Assembly (NCBI GenBank): GCA_005798855.1
Contig: SYIF01000089.1
Location: 1 to 51,131, forward strand
Direction: 5' to 3'
Source: Actinomycetota bacterium
GTDB lineage: Bacteria; Actinomycetota; Thermoleophilia; Gaiellales; F1-60-MAGs149
DNA: 51,131 nucleotides
Positions within the stretch are counted from its first letter, which is position 1; the number at the start of each line of letters is the position of its first letter. A program made the translations under genes and the position numbers. This document shows, piece after piece, positions 17,404 to 25,773 of this stretch. Below the pieces are notes generated by a model. That model did not search any database, was not told the origin of the DNA, and worked only from the letters and a program-made list of their open reading frames with translations.

Positions 17404-17428
17404 TCTGCGCGATCGGTGGTCGCGCAGA
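17404..17428 (+). promoter_or_regulatory. inverted repeat TCTGCGCGA-N7-TCGCGCAGA just upstream of flp
   Basis: The perfect 9-bp arms end 17 nt before the flp ATG. It could be an operator or a leader hairpin. Confidence 0.35.
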
Positions 17429-17445
17429 ACCTCGCGAGGTGCCTG

Positions 17446-17655
17446 ATGGAAACACTGTGGACGACGATGGTGCGGTTTATGCATCGGCTGACGGATCGGC
17501 GCGGGCAGGGCACGGTTGAGTATCTCGGCCTCGTGCTCGCCGTGGGCGCGCTGCTCCTGGCTGTCTCCGTGCAGGTCAAGGGTGGCGGGGCCGGGATCGG
17601 TGGTCAGATCTCGAAATCGATGGAGAAGGCAATCTCCTCGATCACGCAGCCCTAG
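17446..17655 (+). CDS. flp: Flp-family type IVb prepilin
   Basis: A small ORF with a GAGGT RBS 5 nt upstream. The leader ends ...DRRG, followed by QGTVEYLGLVLAVGALLLAV, which fits the Flp G/xxxxEY processing motif plus a hydrophobic helix. ATG 17467 is an alternative start. Confidence 0.8.
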   Translation: METLWTTMVRFMHRLTDRRGQGTVEYLGLVLAVGALLLAVSVQVKGGGAGIGGQISKSMEKAISSITQP

Positions 17656-18473
17656 TCTCGGCTCGGCTCGGCTGGCCGTTCGTGGCCGGCCGAGTCGACG
17701 CACGGGCTGTCGGTCGAAGAAATCGTGTCGAGGATCAGTTGATCGTTGCGCAGCACGCCGATGCGCCAGGCCTGGCTGCGTGGTAGCGGCGAGTACGTGA
17801 TGTGGTTAGCCGTCAGGAGGACGACGGGGCGGCAGAGGACGATGTCGTCTGCGCGCGTTGCTGGTGGCTGGGGATCAGCACCAGCGGACAGGCCAGCCAG
17901 CAGGTGGATGGCGCTGAGCGCCAGACCGAGTGGTCGTGCGATGCGGCGCGCCACGATACCGGCTCCGCCCCAGCCCAATGCGGTTGCAGCAGCGACGGTG
18001 CGATCTGTCCCAGTCGTTTGACCGGCGGCGTAGAGCGCCTCATCGCTCGCCGTAATGACCCGCAGCGAGATCTCGCCGGCGCCGCGTGCAACGATGCGGC
18101 GCGTGCCAGAGCGGCTCGGCAGAGATCGGATCGTGAGATCGGCCAACCACGACGGGTGGCGCACGGGAAGCAGCGTGACGATCGCGGTACGCAGCTGCTG
18201 ATCCGCTGCGTCTGTGCCGATCGACTCAGCGAGCCAGGCGCGTGCGCCACCCAGAGAAATTGCCCCCGCCCGACCAGACAGTGCTTGGTCGAGCGCGAGC
18301 GTGGCTGCTGGCGGTGGTGTTGCAGTCGTACCGAGTCGATCGGTGATCGTCTGGACGAGATTGGTGTGGACGACGGTTGAGGTAGTCGCCGTCAGGAGCG
18401 CGGCAACGACCAGCAGGATCGTCAGCCATTCCACGCTCGCCTGGCCGCGGCGTGGGTCAGCAGGAGACTGCAT
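17652..18473 (-). CDS. large pilin-like protein with a Flp/TadE-type leader (paralog 2)
   Basis: A GGAG RBS precedes the start. The N-terminus reads MQSPADPRRGQASVEWLTILLVVAALL. It is 273 aa, Ala-rich, and alignable by eye with the upstream paralog. Confidence 0.65.
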   Translation of the reverse strand: MQSPADPRRGQASVEWLTILLVVAALLTATTSTVVHTNLVQTITDRLGTTATPPPAATLALDQALSGRAGAISLGGARAWLAESIGTDAADQQLRTAIVTLLPVRHPSWLADLTIRSLPSRSGTRRIVARGAGEISLRVITASDEALYAAGQTTGTDRTVAAATALGWGGAGIVARRIARPLGLALSAIHLLAGLSAGADPQPPATRADDIVLCRPVVLLTANHITYSPLPRSQAWRIGVLRNDQLILDTISSTDSPCVDSAGHERPAEPSRD

Positions 18474-19287
18474 GGCTCCAGACCAGCTCGTGCTCAATCA
18501 GGTGTCCGGCACGAACGATAGCGATGTCGACTGCGGCGATCGGTGTGCCGAGCCGTAGACGGGTCGCCTCGAGTGGGTGGTGATCGACCCACGTCGCGGT
18601 TGCTTGGTTTGTGCGCCAGACAAAGCGACAGACGATGAAGTCGCCTTCGCGGCTCCCTGCCGGCGTGCCGCGCGTTACGGTCTCGGCGGCGGCGGCTCCA
18701 GCACCAATCACGATCGCAGCCGCGGCCGTCGCAGGATTGATCGAGCTAATCAGACTGACAACGCCAGACGTGCCGAGTTCGATGGCTTTGCTGGTTCCTG
18801 TGGCTGACTGCGAGGCAAGCCAGCGCCGCTCATCGTCCGCGGAGACGAGCCGTAGAGTCCGGGTCGCGCGGGGTGCCTCGTGCGACCACACCCCGCTGGT
18901 GACGCTTAGCCCGACGCCGTTGAACTCTGCTCGGGCGAGCGCCCAGGCCGGGTCGGTGAGAGGGCGCAAGCGACCCGTGGCGGCAGGTGGCGTCGCCGCT
19001 CGCAAGGCGTGCGAGAGAACGAGGGCGCGAGCCTCGGTTGGGCCGATCTCCTGGCCTAATCGTTCGATCGCATCGTTGATCGTTGGGCCCGAACCAGATA
19101 GTGCCGCGTCGACAAAGGCCAGAGCGGCCGGGCTGGCTGTCGGTGGCTCCGAGCGATCGAACACGGACTGGACAGCGGCAACGATGCCACTGGCAGGAAG
19201 CGTTGTCGCACCGATTGCAAGCAGTGCGGCAACACAGCCGACCAGCGCGACGTATTCGACAGTGCTCTGGCCGCGTTGCGATCGCAT
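18457..19287 (-). CDS. large pilin-like protein with a Flp/TadE-type leader (paralog 1)
   Basis: The N-terminus reads MRSQRGQSTVEYVALVGCVAALLAI. It is 276 aa. Its 3' end overlaps the start of paralog 2 by 17 nt. Confidence 0.65.
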   Translation of the reverse strand: MRSQRGQSTVEYVALVGCVAALLAIGATTLPASGIVAAVQSVFDRSEPPTASPAALAFVDAALSGSGPTINDAIERLGQEIGPTEARALVLSHALRAATPPAATGRLRPLTDPAWALARAEFNGVGLSVTSGVWSHEAPRATRTLRLVSADDERRWLASQSATGTSKAIELGTSGVVSLISSINPATAAAAIVIGAGAAAAETVTRGTPAGSREGDFIVCRFVWRTNQATATWVDHHPLEATRLRLGTPIAAVDIAIVRAGHLIEHELVWSHAVSC

Positions 19288-19503
19288 AGGAGCAGCATGC
19301 GTGCGGGGCACCGCCAGCGGCCGCGCACAGTCGCCCTCGTTCAACGCGCTCTGTAGCGGGGAGCGCACCATTCGACACGAGTGGCACACGACAGTACATG
19401 GATGGCGAGCGGACTCACACGCGTTCTGAGCGCCACGACGTCTCGGCTGCGGGCCTTTTTTGCGGCGGCGCAGCGTCGGAGCGCGAGCGAGCGCCAGAAC
19501 TAT

Positions 19504-19947
19504 CTACACGCTTGGCGGTTGCGTCGACGCGTCAGCGTCGGCGATCCGCTCGAGCTGCGAGCCGACCCGATCGAGTGCCCAGGTAATGCGCTCGAGTTCT
19601 CTTTCGATGCGCTGCGAGCGCGCTTCGAGTCGTGCGACGTCGCCGCGCACGGCACCAAGCCCGTCGACCAGTACATCAACAACAACTTCAAGATCTTCGA
19701 CGCGACCGACGCGCTCGGCGCGAACGTCCGCGGCCAGCGCGCGCGTACGTTGCGCCGTATCGATCGCCAGAGCGTGCAACTCGGCGACACGATGATCAAC
19801 GCCCGTACCTTCGTGCGCATCGAGTGCGCGAGCAACTGCAGCCTCGATCCGCGTTGGCAAGACCGCTCGTAGATCCGCGGCGATCTCCTTGACCTCATCG
19901 ATCTCGGCGGTTAGGTCGGGCTCGTGCTGTGGGGTGTCGTCGGTCAT
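19504..19947 (-). CDS. hypothetical acidic coiled-coil protein
   Basis: 147 aa and helical with a heptad-like pattern. The ATG overlaps the upstream stop (ATGA). Confidence 0.55.
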   Translation of the reverse strand: MTDDTPQHEPDLTAEIDEVKEIAADLRAVLPTRIEAAVARALDAHEGTGVDHRVAELHALAIDTAQRTRALAADVRAERVGRVEDLEVVVDVLVDGLGAVRGDVARLEARSQRIERELERITWALDRVGSQLERIADADASTQPPSV

Positions 19948-20351
19948 GCGCGATCCTCTGGAACGGTGAGTGCGGCGAACGAAGGATGGCCCGCTCCTGG
20001 TAGAGGGTAGCGCCCCGGCTCGATCCGGAAGGCGCCCACGGACTCATCGAATTCGATCTCGACGAGTCCGTGTTTGATGCGATGGTCGAGCCAGGCGGAG
20101 CGGAAGACGAGCTTCCGGAGCCAGTAGATCGGGTCTTCGCCGTCGCGCCCGCAGAGATCGACGAGGAGTTCACCAGTCGGGGAACGGGGCACAGTCAACT
20201 CGCCGTCGATTGCTGCCGCTACGAGATCGGCCTGCGCTGAGCGTGAGAGCGGACGAGTCGCCAACTCGAGTTCGACTGCGGCTCGCAACACGCGTTGCTC
20301 GAAGTCGGCGCGAGCAAACGCATAGGTGCAGCCCAAGAAGGCCAGCGTCAT
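19944..20351 (-). CDS. hypothetical protein (about 135 aa)
   Basis: This is the C-terminal part of the 403-aa track ORF. The upstream part is antisense to the DUF192 gene and is rejected. The start may instead be GTG 20384. Confidence 0.45.
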   Translation of the reverse strand: MTLAFLGCTYAFARADFEQRVLRAAVELELATRPLSRSAQADLVAAAIDGELTVPRSPTGELLVDLCGRDGEDPIYWLRKLVFRSAWLDHRIKHGLVEIEFDESVGAFRIEPGRYPLPGAGHPSFAALTVPEDRA

Positions 20352-20419
20352 GTCGTCACCCGAGTGAAAGTCTGCACAGTCCACGACTGGAGCGTAGCGA
20401 AGCGGTGGTTGCCGAATCG

Positions 20420-20433
20420 AGTGCGCGCGCACT
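20420..20433. promoter_or_regulatory. 14-bp perfect palindrome AGTGCGCGCGCACT in a divergent intergenic region
   Basis: It lies between the divergently oriented 135-aa gene and the DUF192 operon. It is a candidate operator. Confidence 0.3.
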
Positions 20434-20516
20434 GTCGGGCGACTGGTGTGCAACCCGCCGTGATCTCTGCGTCGCCTGCGCGTCCGTGGCGGCGGTGGTT
20501 GAGCAACGGTGCCGAC

Positions 20517-21071
20517 ATGGTTCAACTCTGCGACTACGACTCTGGCGCGGTCCTCGTCCCGACCGTCGAGACGGCTGGCAGTTTCAGTCTCGGCGCTATG
20601 CGAGGACTGATTGGTCGCACCTCGATCGAGCCCGGCGAGGGTCTTTTGCTGCGCGATCCGCTTGGCTGCATCCACACCTTCGGCATGCGCTGCGACATCG
20701 ACATTGTCTTTCTGTCGCGAACACTGCGTGTGCTCGAAGTGGCAGCAAACGTGCCACCTCGACGCCTGCGATGGGCTCGCGGCGGTGTCGTACAACTCGA
20801 GCTTGCTGGTGGGCAGGCAGCCTCCAACGGGCTGGTTCCCGGTCGGCGTCTGATGGTCGTAGAAAGACCGATCGATCAGAGCAGGGGACGGGTTGGGCGT
20901 CGATCTCCACACGCGGAAACCGATGCTGGCAGTCCGTCTCACATTCGCCGAAACGCCGCTTGCGGCAGCGCTGACAACGTGCCTACTGTGCCGTTCTGGC
21001 CTCGTTGGGAGGCACTCCACAACCCCGACGCTCTGCCGTTGGCAGTCGGTGGATCTATACAAAGGAGTTAG
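20517..21071 (+). CDS. DUF192 (COG1430) family protein
   Basis: The core reads GAMRGLIGRTSIEPGEGLLL.....IHTFGMRCDIDIVFLS....L.V, which is typical of DUF192. The C-terminal 60 aa are low-complexity and run into the RBS of the next gene. Confidence 0.7.
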   Translation: MVQLCDYDSGAVLVPTVETAGSFSLGAMRGLIGRTSIEPGEGLLLRDPLGCIHTFGMRCDIDIVFLSRTLRVLEVAANVPPRRLRWARGGVVQLELAGGQAASNGLVPGRRLMVVERPIDQSRGRVGRRSPHAETDAGSPSHIRRNAACGSADNVPTVPFWPRWEALHNPDALPLAVGGSIQRS

Positions 21072-21074
21072 AAG

Positions 21075-21764
21075 ATGTGCGCAAGCCTGCTCGTAGTTGA
21101 GGACGACGAGATGATCTCGGAGTTCCTGGTCGACAATCTGCGACAAGACGGTCACGCAGTGACCGTCGTCGAAACCGTCACGGACGCTCTCGTCGCGTTA
21201 CGTCGCACCCGCACCGAGATCGCGCTGATCGATGTCTCCCTGCCAGACGGTTCGGGTCTCGACGTCGTTCGCATGATTCGCTCTGGCGAGGCCGGGGCAT
21301 CCGACATTGGTGTGGTCGTTGTCAGTGGACGCTGCACCGAGCAAGATCGAATCCGCGCGTTCGAGCGCGGAGTGGATGACTACATCGTGAAGCCCTTCAG
21401 CTATCCAGAGTTGCTGCTTCGAACGGCATCGTTGGAATCACGACTTAGTGGACGCGTGGCTTCGGTCCTGACGGTTGGCTCGCTGACGATGGATCTTGCG
21501 GCCCGCGCCGTCACCCTCGATGGCGTGCTCATCCATCTGCCCGGCAAGGAGTACGAGCTGCTCACCGTCCTCGCGCGCGATCCCAACAAGGTCAACATGA
21601 AAGAAGATCTGATGGAGCGCATCTGGGGATATCGAAACTGCGGGACGCGGACCCTCGATTCGCACGCCTCGCGGCTACGGCGACGACTGACCGCTGTTGC
21701 TGACGGTCCCTGGGTAATCAACAACTGGAGCGTTGGGTACTCGCTGCGAACCGTGCTGCAATGA
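21075..21764 (+). CDS. OmpR-family response regulator
   Basis: An AAAGGAG RBS precedes the start. Receiver motifs are LLVVEDDE, ALIDVSLPDGSG and DDYIVKPF. A winged-helix output follows (LDSHASRLRRRL...VGY). Confidence 0.9.
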   Translation: MCASLLVVEDDEMISEFLVDNLRQDGHAVTVVETVTDALVALRRTRTEIALIDVSLPDGSGLDVVRMIRSGEAGASDIGVVVVSGRCTEQDRIRAFERGVDDYIVKPFSYPELLLRTASLESRLSGRVASVLTVGSLTMDLAARAVTLDGVLIHLPGKEYELLTVLARDPNKVNMKEDLMERIWGYRNCGTRTLDSHASRLRRRLTAVADGPWVINNWSVGYSLRTVLQ

Positions 21765-22948
21765 CTCGTCTCTGGCTCCGCATCACGATCGCAACCGTCG
21801 CGATCGTGGCAACTTTGGTGGTTGCGGTCGATACCTTCGTGATCGGGCCGGCTGCAGACCAGTCCGCGCGTGCCGCTGCGACTGCGGCCTCGACCGAGGC
21901 GACCTTGGTGGCTCAACTCGTGCGTCGAGGAGGAGCGCCGCCGAGCGACGCGGTCGTGCACACGGGACGCACGCGCGCGGAGGCTGCGGTCGGGAGCGCT
22001 CCGATCGGTGACGGGCGCTTCGTGCAGGTGCCACTCCGAGATCAGGGTGCACTCGTCGAGGCGCTCTGGCGAGGCCTTCTGTTCGTAATCGGAACAGGAG
22101 CCCTGGCCGGGGCAGGATGGGCGCTGTGGATTGGAGTAGTGCGTGCACGTGACCTCGAGAACGTCTGTCGAGCGTTGCGAGAAATGGGCGGAGCTGAGTC
22201 TGCTGCGGTCATGCCGGGAGAAACTGCGTCGATCGAGCATCTTGCTCGCGTCGTCGACGAACTCCGAGTAACACTGGCTCAGCAGATGCTTTCGCAGGCC
22301 GAACTCGTCGGCATCATGGCGCACGATTTACGCAGCCCACTGACGGGAATCTGTCTGGCGGGCGATTGGTTGGAACGATCGCAGAGCAGTGCGGAGCGTG
22401 CGCGAGCGCGGGGCCAGATCCAGCGAGAGTGCGATCGGCTGGCAGCAATTGCCGACGACGTGTTGCAACTGTGCAGAGACGCGCACTCCAACACCACCAA
22501 TACGCAGCACGGGGTGGCAGCCGATCAACTGTTGCTCGATGTCGTCGATCGACTTCGCAGCGGCGGCTCTGGGTCCCAACAGGTCCACGTTGCGTCTGTC
22601 CTCTCCACCGCAGCGTGTGTCGACTCGAGCATCGCTCGTGCAGTCGCAAACCTCGCCGAGAATGCCGCCCGCTATGCACCCGCAGGTACGCAGGTATCGC
22701 TCGCTGTGAGGCAGACCGAAGCGGGCACAGTTGAGTTTGTCATTGAGGATGAAGGTCCCGGATTTGCGCCGGAGTTGCTGGAGCGTGCGTTTGCACAGGG
22801 TCGCACGTCACCGGGCCGTGCGGGACTCGGACTCTCGAGCGTGCGACGAGTCGTCGCAGCAGCGGGCGGAGCATCGCAGCTAGAGCGTCACCACGGCCGT
22901 GGAACGCGCGTCGTGCTTCAGGTGCCCCAACTGGACCGGAGCCTGTGA
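21761..22948 (+). CDS. sensor histidine kinase
   Basis: It has an ATGA overlap with the response regulator gene. It has two TM segments, an H-box AHDLRSPLTGI, an N-box NLAENAARYAP, and G-boxes EDEGPGF and GLGLS. Confidence 0.88.
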   Translation: MTRLWLRITIATVAIVATLVVAVDTFVIGPAADQSARAAATAASTEATLVAQLVRRGGAPPSDAVVHTGRTRAEAAVGSAPIGDGRFVQVPLRDQGALVEALWRGLLFVIGTGALAGAGWALWIGVVRARDLENVCRALREMGGAESAAVMPGETASIEHLARVVDELRVTLAQQMLSQAELVGIMAHDLRSPLTGICLAGDWLERSQSSAERARARGQIQRECDRLAAIADDVLQLCRDAHSNTTNTQHGVAADQLLLDVVDRLRSGGSGSQQVHVASVLSTAACVDSSIARAVANLAENAARYAPAGTQVSLAVRQTEAGTVEFVIEDEGPGFAPELLERAFAQGRTSPGRAGLGLSSVRRVVAAAGGASQLERHHGRGTRVVLQVPQLDRSL

Positions 22949-23652
22949 TGGCGGTTGCCGAAGCCGACTACGAAACGCGGTCGCTGCCAGCAGCGCTCGA
23001 ACGCAGCCATTCTTCCGGACGCTCGGTGGTGCTCGTCGGTGCGCACGGTGGAGCGGGAACGTCCACAGCCGCGCTGGCCATCGCGAGCGATGCGGATCGG
23101 GGCGTATGCCTGATCGACGCGGATCTGGCGGGCGGAACGCTCGGGATGATCCTCGGTATCGGCAATCGGATTGGGGATGCCGGCCTTGCCGCGGTACGTG
23201 AGGGCGAGGGCAACGCCTTTTCGACACTCGCGCAACGGGTGCCGTTTGGTTGGTTCGTTGAAATCGGTCCGCGTCCCGAGCTCGTCTGGTTGATTCGAGA
23301 TGGCGCGTTACGAGAGCTGACGAGGCAGGCGATGCGTCAGGTCGCCCTGATCGTGGTCGACGTAGCTCGCCCAGTTGGACCATCCTGCGAGCCGGTCGTT
23401 GACGCGGACGTGATTGTCATCGTCGGACATGCCAATCGTTTCGACGCCATCGAGCGGACGCAGCAGCGACTCGTACGGCTGGGTGTCGATGCCGCCCGGA
23501 TCGTGTTGTGCCCAACCGCGCCCACCATTGTCGAGCGCACAGTTGGGCGGCTTCGAGGGAGCCAGACTTGCATCGACGTGCGCCACGGCGACGAGCTACT
23601 GCTCCTCGTCGAGGGGCGGCTCGCCGCACTCGGCCCAAGGGAGCGCGGATGA
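22945..23652 (+). CDS. tadZ: TadZ/CpaE/Ssd-like ParA-MinD family protein with a degenerate Walker A
   Basis: VVLVGAHGGAGTSTAALA sits in place of KGGxGK[ST], followed by CLIDADL. The start (GTG 22945 or ATG 22948) overlaps the histidine kinase stop. Confidence 0.7.
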   Translation: MMAVAEADYETRSLPAALERSHSSGRSVVLVGAHGGAGTSTAALAIASDADRGVCLIDADLAGGTLGMILGIGNRIGDAGLAAVREGEGNAFSTLAQRVPFGWFVEIGPRPELVWLIRDGALRELTRQAMRQVALIVVDVARPVGPSCEPVVDADVIVIVGHANRFDAIERTQQRLVRLGVDAARIVLCPTAPTIVERTVGRLRGSQTCIDVRHGDELLLLVEGRLAALGPRERG

Positions 23653-24590
23653 CCTCGCTGCTGTCGTTGGCCGGCCCCTTGGCACCGCTCCTGATGAACC
23701 CCCAGGTGGGTGAGGTTGTCGTCAACGGCCCGTTCGATGTCTGGGTCGAGCTGGATGGCCAGTTGCGCCGTGTCGACACACGCTTTCGCGATTCGCTCGA
23801 GTTGCGGCAGACGGCAGTCAGATTGGTGGCTGCCTGTGGGCGACGAATTGACGACGCAACGCCGATGGTCGATGCTCGCCTGCCGGACGGTTCGCGCGTC
23901 AACGTCGTCTTGCCACCACTCGCGGTTGACGGGCCACTGATCACAATCCGTCGCTTCGGCACGGCACCGCTGCGATTCAGCGACCTCGTCGAGCGTGGCT
24001 CGATCTCAGCCGAGCAGGCGATCGATCTGACCATGCTTGTGGAGAGTCGCCGCAACACGCTCATCAGCGGAGGGACGGGTACCGGTAAGACGACGTTGCT
24101 TGCTGCGCTGACCGGTTTGGTGCCAACAAATGAACGCCTCGTAACGGTCGAAGATGCCGCCGAGTTATCAGTCCAAGCGGAACACGTGGCGCGATTGGAG
24201 GCGCGGCCAGCCAACGTGGAGGGGAAGGGCGCGATCGAGCTACGTCAGCTGATCCGGAACGCACTGCGGATGCGACCAGATCGGCTGATCGTCGGAGAAA
24301 TTCGTGGGGGCGAGGCAATCGACCTGTTGCTTGCGATGAACACGGGCCATAATGGCTCGCTCGCCACGATCCATGCCAATGGCCCAGAGGACGCATTACG
24401 TCGACTCGAGACGATGGCGCTGATGGGTGGCGTCGATATTCCGCACACCGCAATCCGTGAGCAGATTGCCTCGGCGGTGCACGCGGTGGTTCACGTCGTG
24501 CGATCCCCCGACGGAACCCGCTACATTGCATCCGTCGACCGCGTTGAGCGCGCGGGCGTCGGCTGGCACCTCCAGGCGGTCGAGCGATGA
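23649..24590 (+). CDS. tadA: TadA/CpaF secretion ATPase
   Basis: Motifs: Walker A GGTGTGKTT, VTVEDAAEL, RMRPDRLIVGEIRG.EA, and His box NTGH.GSLATIHAN. It has an ATGA overlap with tadZ. Confidence 0.92.
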   Translation: MTSLLSLAGPLAPLLMNPQVGEVVVNGPFDVWVELDGQLRRVDTRFRDSLELRQTAVRLVAACGRRIDDATPMVDARLPDGSRVNVVLPPLAVDGPLITIRRFGTAPLRFSDLVERGSISAEQAIDLTMLVESRRNTLISGGTGTGKTTLLAALTGLVPTNERLVTVEDAAELSVQAEHVARLEARPANVEGKGAIELRQLIRNALRMRPDRLIVGEIRGGEAIDLLLAMNTGHNGSLATIHANGPEDALRRLETMALMGGVDIPHTAIREQIASAVHAVVHVVRSPDGTRYIASVDRVERAGVGWHLQAVER

Positions 24591-25150
24591 GGCGCCTCCG
24601 ACGGAGCGACCCAACGGTGAGCCTACTTGCCCGGTCGCTGCCGGAGATAGCACGGGCGCTAGCTCGCTGCTGTGCTGCGGGGCTCCCAATCGCGGACGCC
24701 TTTGATCGCGCAGCCGACGCAGTGGACGAGGTCGCCGTGGACCTGCTCCGTGCCTGTGCGGCCGGTCTCCGTTCGGGTGCTGCAACACGTAGCGCCCTCG
24801 CGCCACTGCTACCTGTCCCCGGCGGCAGCGTGTTGGTGGGAACGATCGAACTGCATCAGGAACTCGGCGGCGACCTCGTGGCATCGCTCGCGGCCGTCGC
24901 CGAGGGGCTTGCCGATCGCGAGCGTCTCCGCCTCGAAGCCGAGGTCGCCACTGCGCAGGCCAGACTGGCGGCGCGGATCGTGCCACTCGCGCCCGTGGTC
25001 TCACTCGGATTTCTCGGCGTGCTGGCGCCATCCGCGCTCGCTGCGCTGTTTACGACCGCTCCGGGACTTGGAATACTCGGAGTCTCCACAGGTCTGACCT
25101 GCGTGGCACTGTTTTTGCTTCGCCGCATCGCACGGGCGGTGGGGTTATGA
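24587..25150 (+). CDS. tadB: TadB-like platform protein (single T2SSF domain)
   Basis: 187 aa with a T2SSF-like pattern (P..L..L...L.AG..........G.......ELGG.L...L) and C-terminal TM helices. It has an ATGA overlap with the upstream gene. Confidence 0.75.
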   Translation: MRRLRRSDPTVSLLARSLPEIARALARCCAAGLPIADAFDRAADAVDEVAVDLLRACAAGLRSGAATRSALAPLLPVPGGSVLVGTIELHQELGGDLVASLAAVAEGLADRERLRLEAEVATAQARLAARIVPLAPVVSLGFLGVLAPSALAALFTTAPGLGILGVSTGLTCVALFLLRRIARAVGL

Positions 25151-25773
25151 CGACACCCCCACGACGGGCCGCTTCGATCGCGTGGCTGGCTGGCTGGGGT
25201 AGCGTCGGTCTCTGGCTGTGTTGGCTCGTGACTGGCAGTCTGGTCATGGCGGTAATCGGCGGCCTCGGCGGCTGTGGTGCAGCGGTCGTTTTGACTCGCC
25301 GCCGGCGCCGCGCTCTGCGGAGGCTGCAGGCCGAAAAAATCACGGCGGCCCTGCCCGACGTGTTCGAGTTGCTCGCAGCCACGGTCGATGGTGGTGCCGC
25401 TCCCGACCTGGCCGTCAAGCGGGTCGCGGCGTTCGCGACAGAACCGCTCCGTAGCATGCTCGTCGGGGCCATCCAGGCGGCAGCCGGGATTGGTCTCGGC
25501 GCGGCGTTTCGTGCGTCTCACCCTGCATTGCGACCACTGGGATCCTTGTTCCAGCAGAGCGAAGAACTGGGCGTCCCGATTGCCGGCGCACTGCGCCTAC
25601 TGGCCGCCGATGCGCGACTTCAGGCCCGGGCGGCGGCGCGAGAGCGTGCAGCCGCGGCCGCACCAAAGATGCTGCTCGTGATCGGTGGGTTGCTGGCACC
25701 GGCAGCACTGCTGATCGTGATTGGCGGCCAGGCGCTGGTGCTTCGAACCCTGATCGGTCCGGTGGTTGGCTGA
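25147..25773 (+). CDS. tadC: TadC-like platform protein (single T2SSF domain)
   Basis: 208 aa with N-terminal TM helices. It has LPDVFELLAATVDGG, SEELGVPIAGALR and a terminal TM helix. It has an ATGA overlap with the upstream gene. Confidence 0.75.
   Translation: MTTPPRRAASIAWLAGWGSVGLWLCWLVTGSLVMAVIGGLGGCGAAVVLTRRRRRALRRLQAEKITAALPDVFELLAATVDGGAAPDLAVKRVAAFATEPLRSMLVGAIQAAAGIGLGAAFRASHPALRPLGSLFQQSEELGVPIAGALRLLAADARLQARAAARERAAAAAPKMLLVIGGLLAPAALLIVIGGQALVLRTLIGPVVG

Noticed and set aside
19445-19461. Small hairpin GGCTGCGGGCC followed by T6 on the plus strand (terminator-like)
   Set aside because: The stem is only about 4 bp, and no plus-strand gene lies upstream. It sits in the gap between two minus-strand genes. 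It is too weak to annotate.
20352-21155. Upstream 268 codons of the 403-aa minus-strand ORF 19944..21155
   Set aside because: This part is antisense to the recognisable DUF192 gene and to the start of the response regulator gene. Its composition looks non-coding (many Arg, Ser, His, Cys), as is typical of shadow ORFs in GC-rich DNA.
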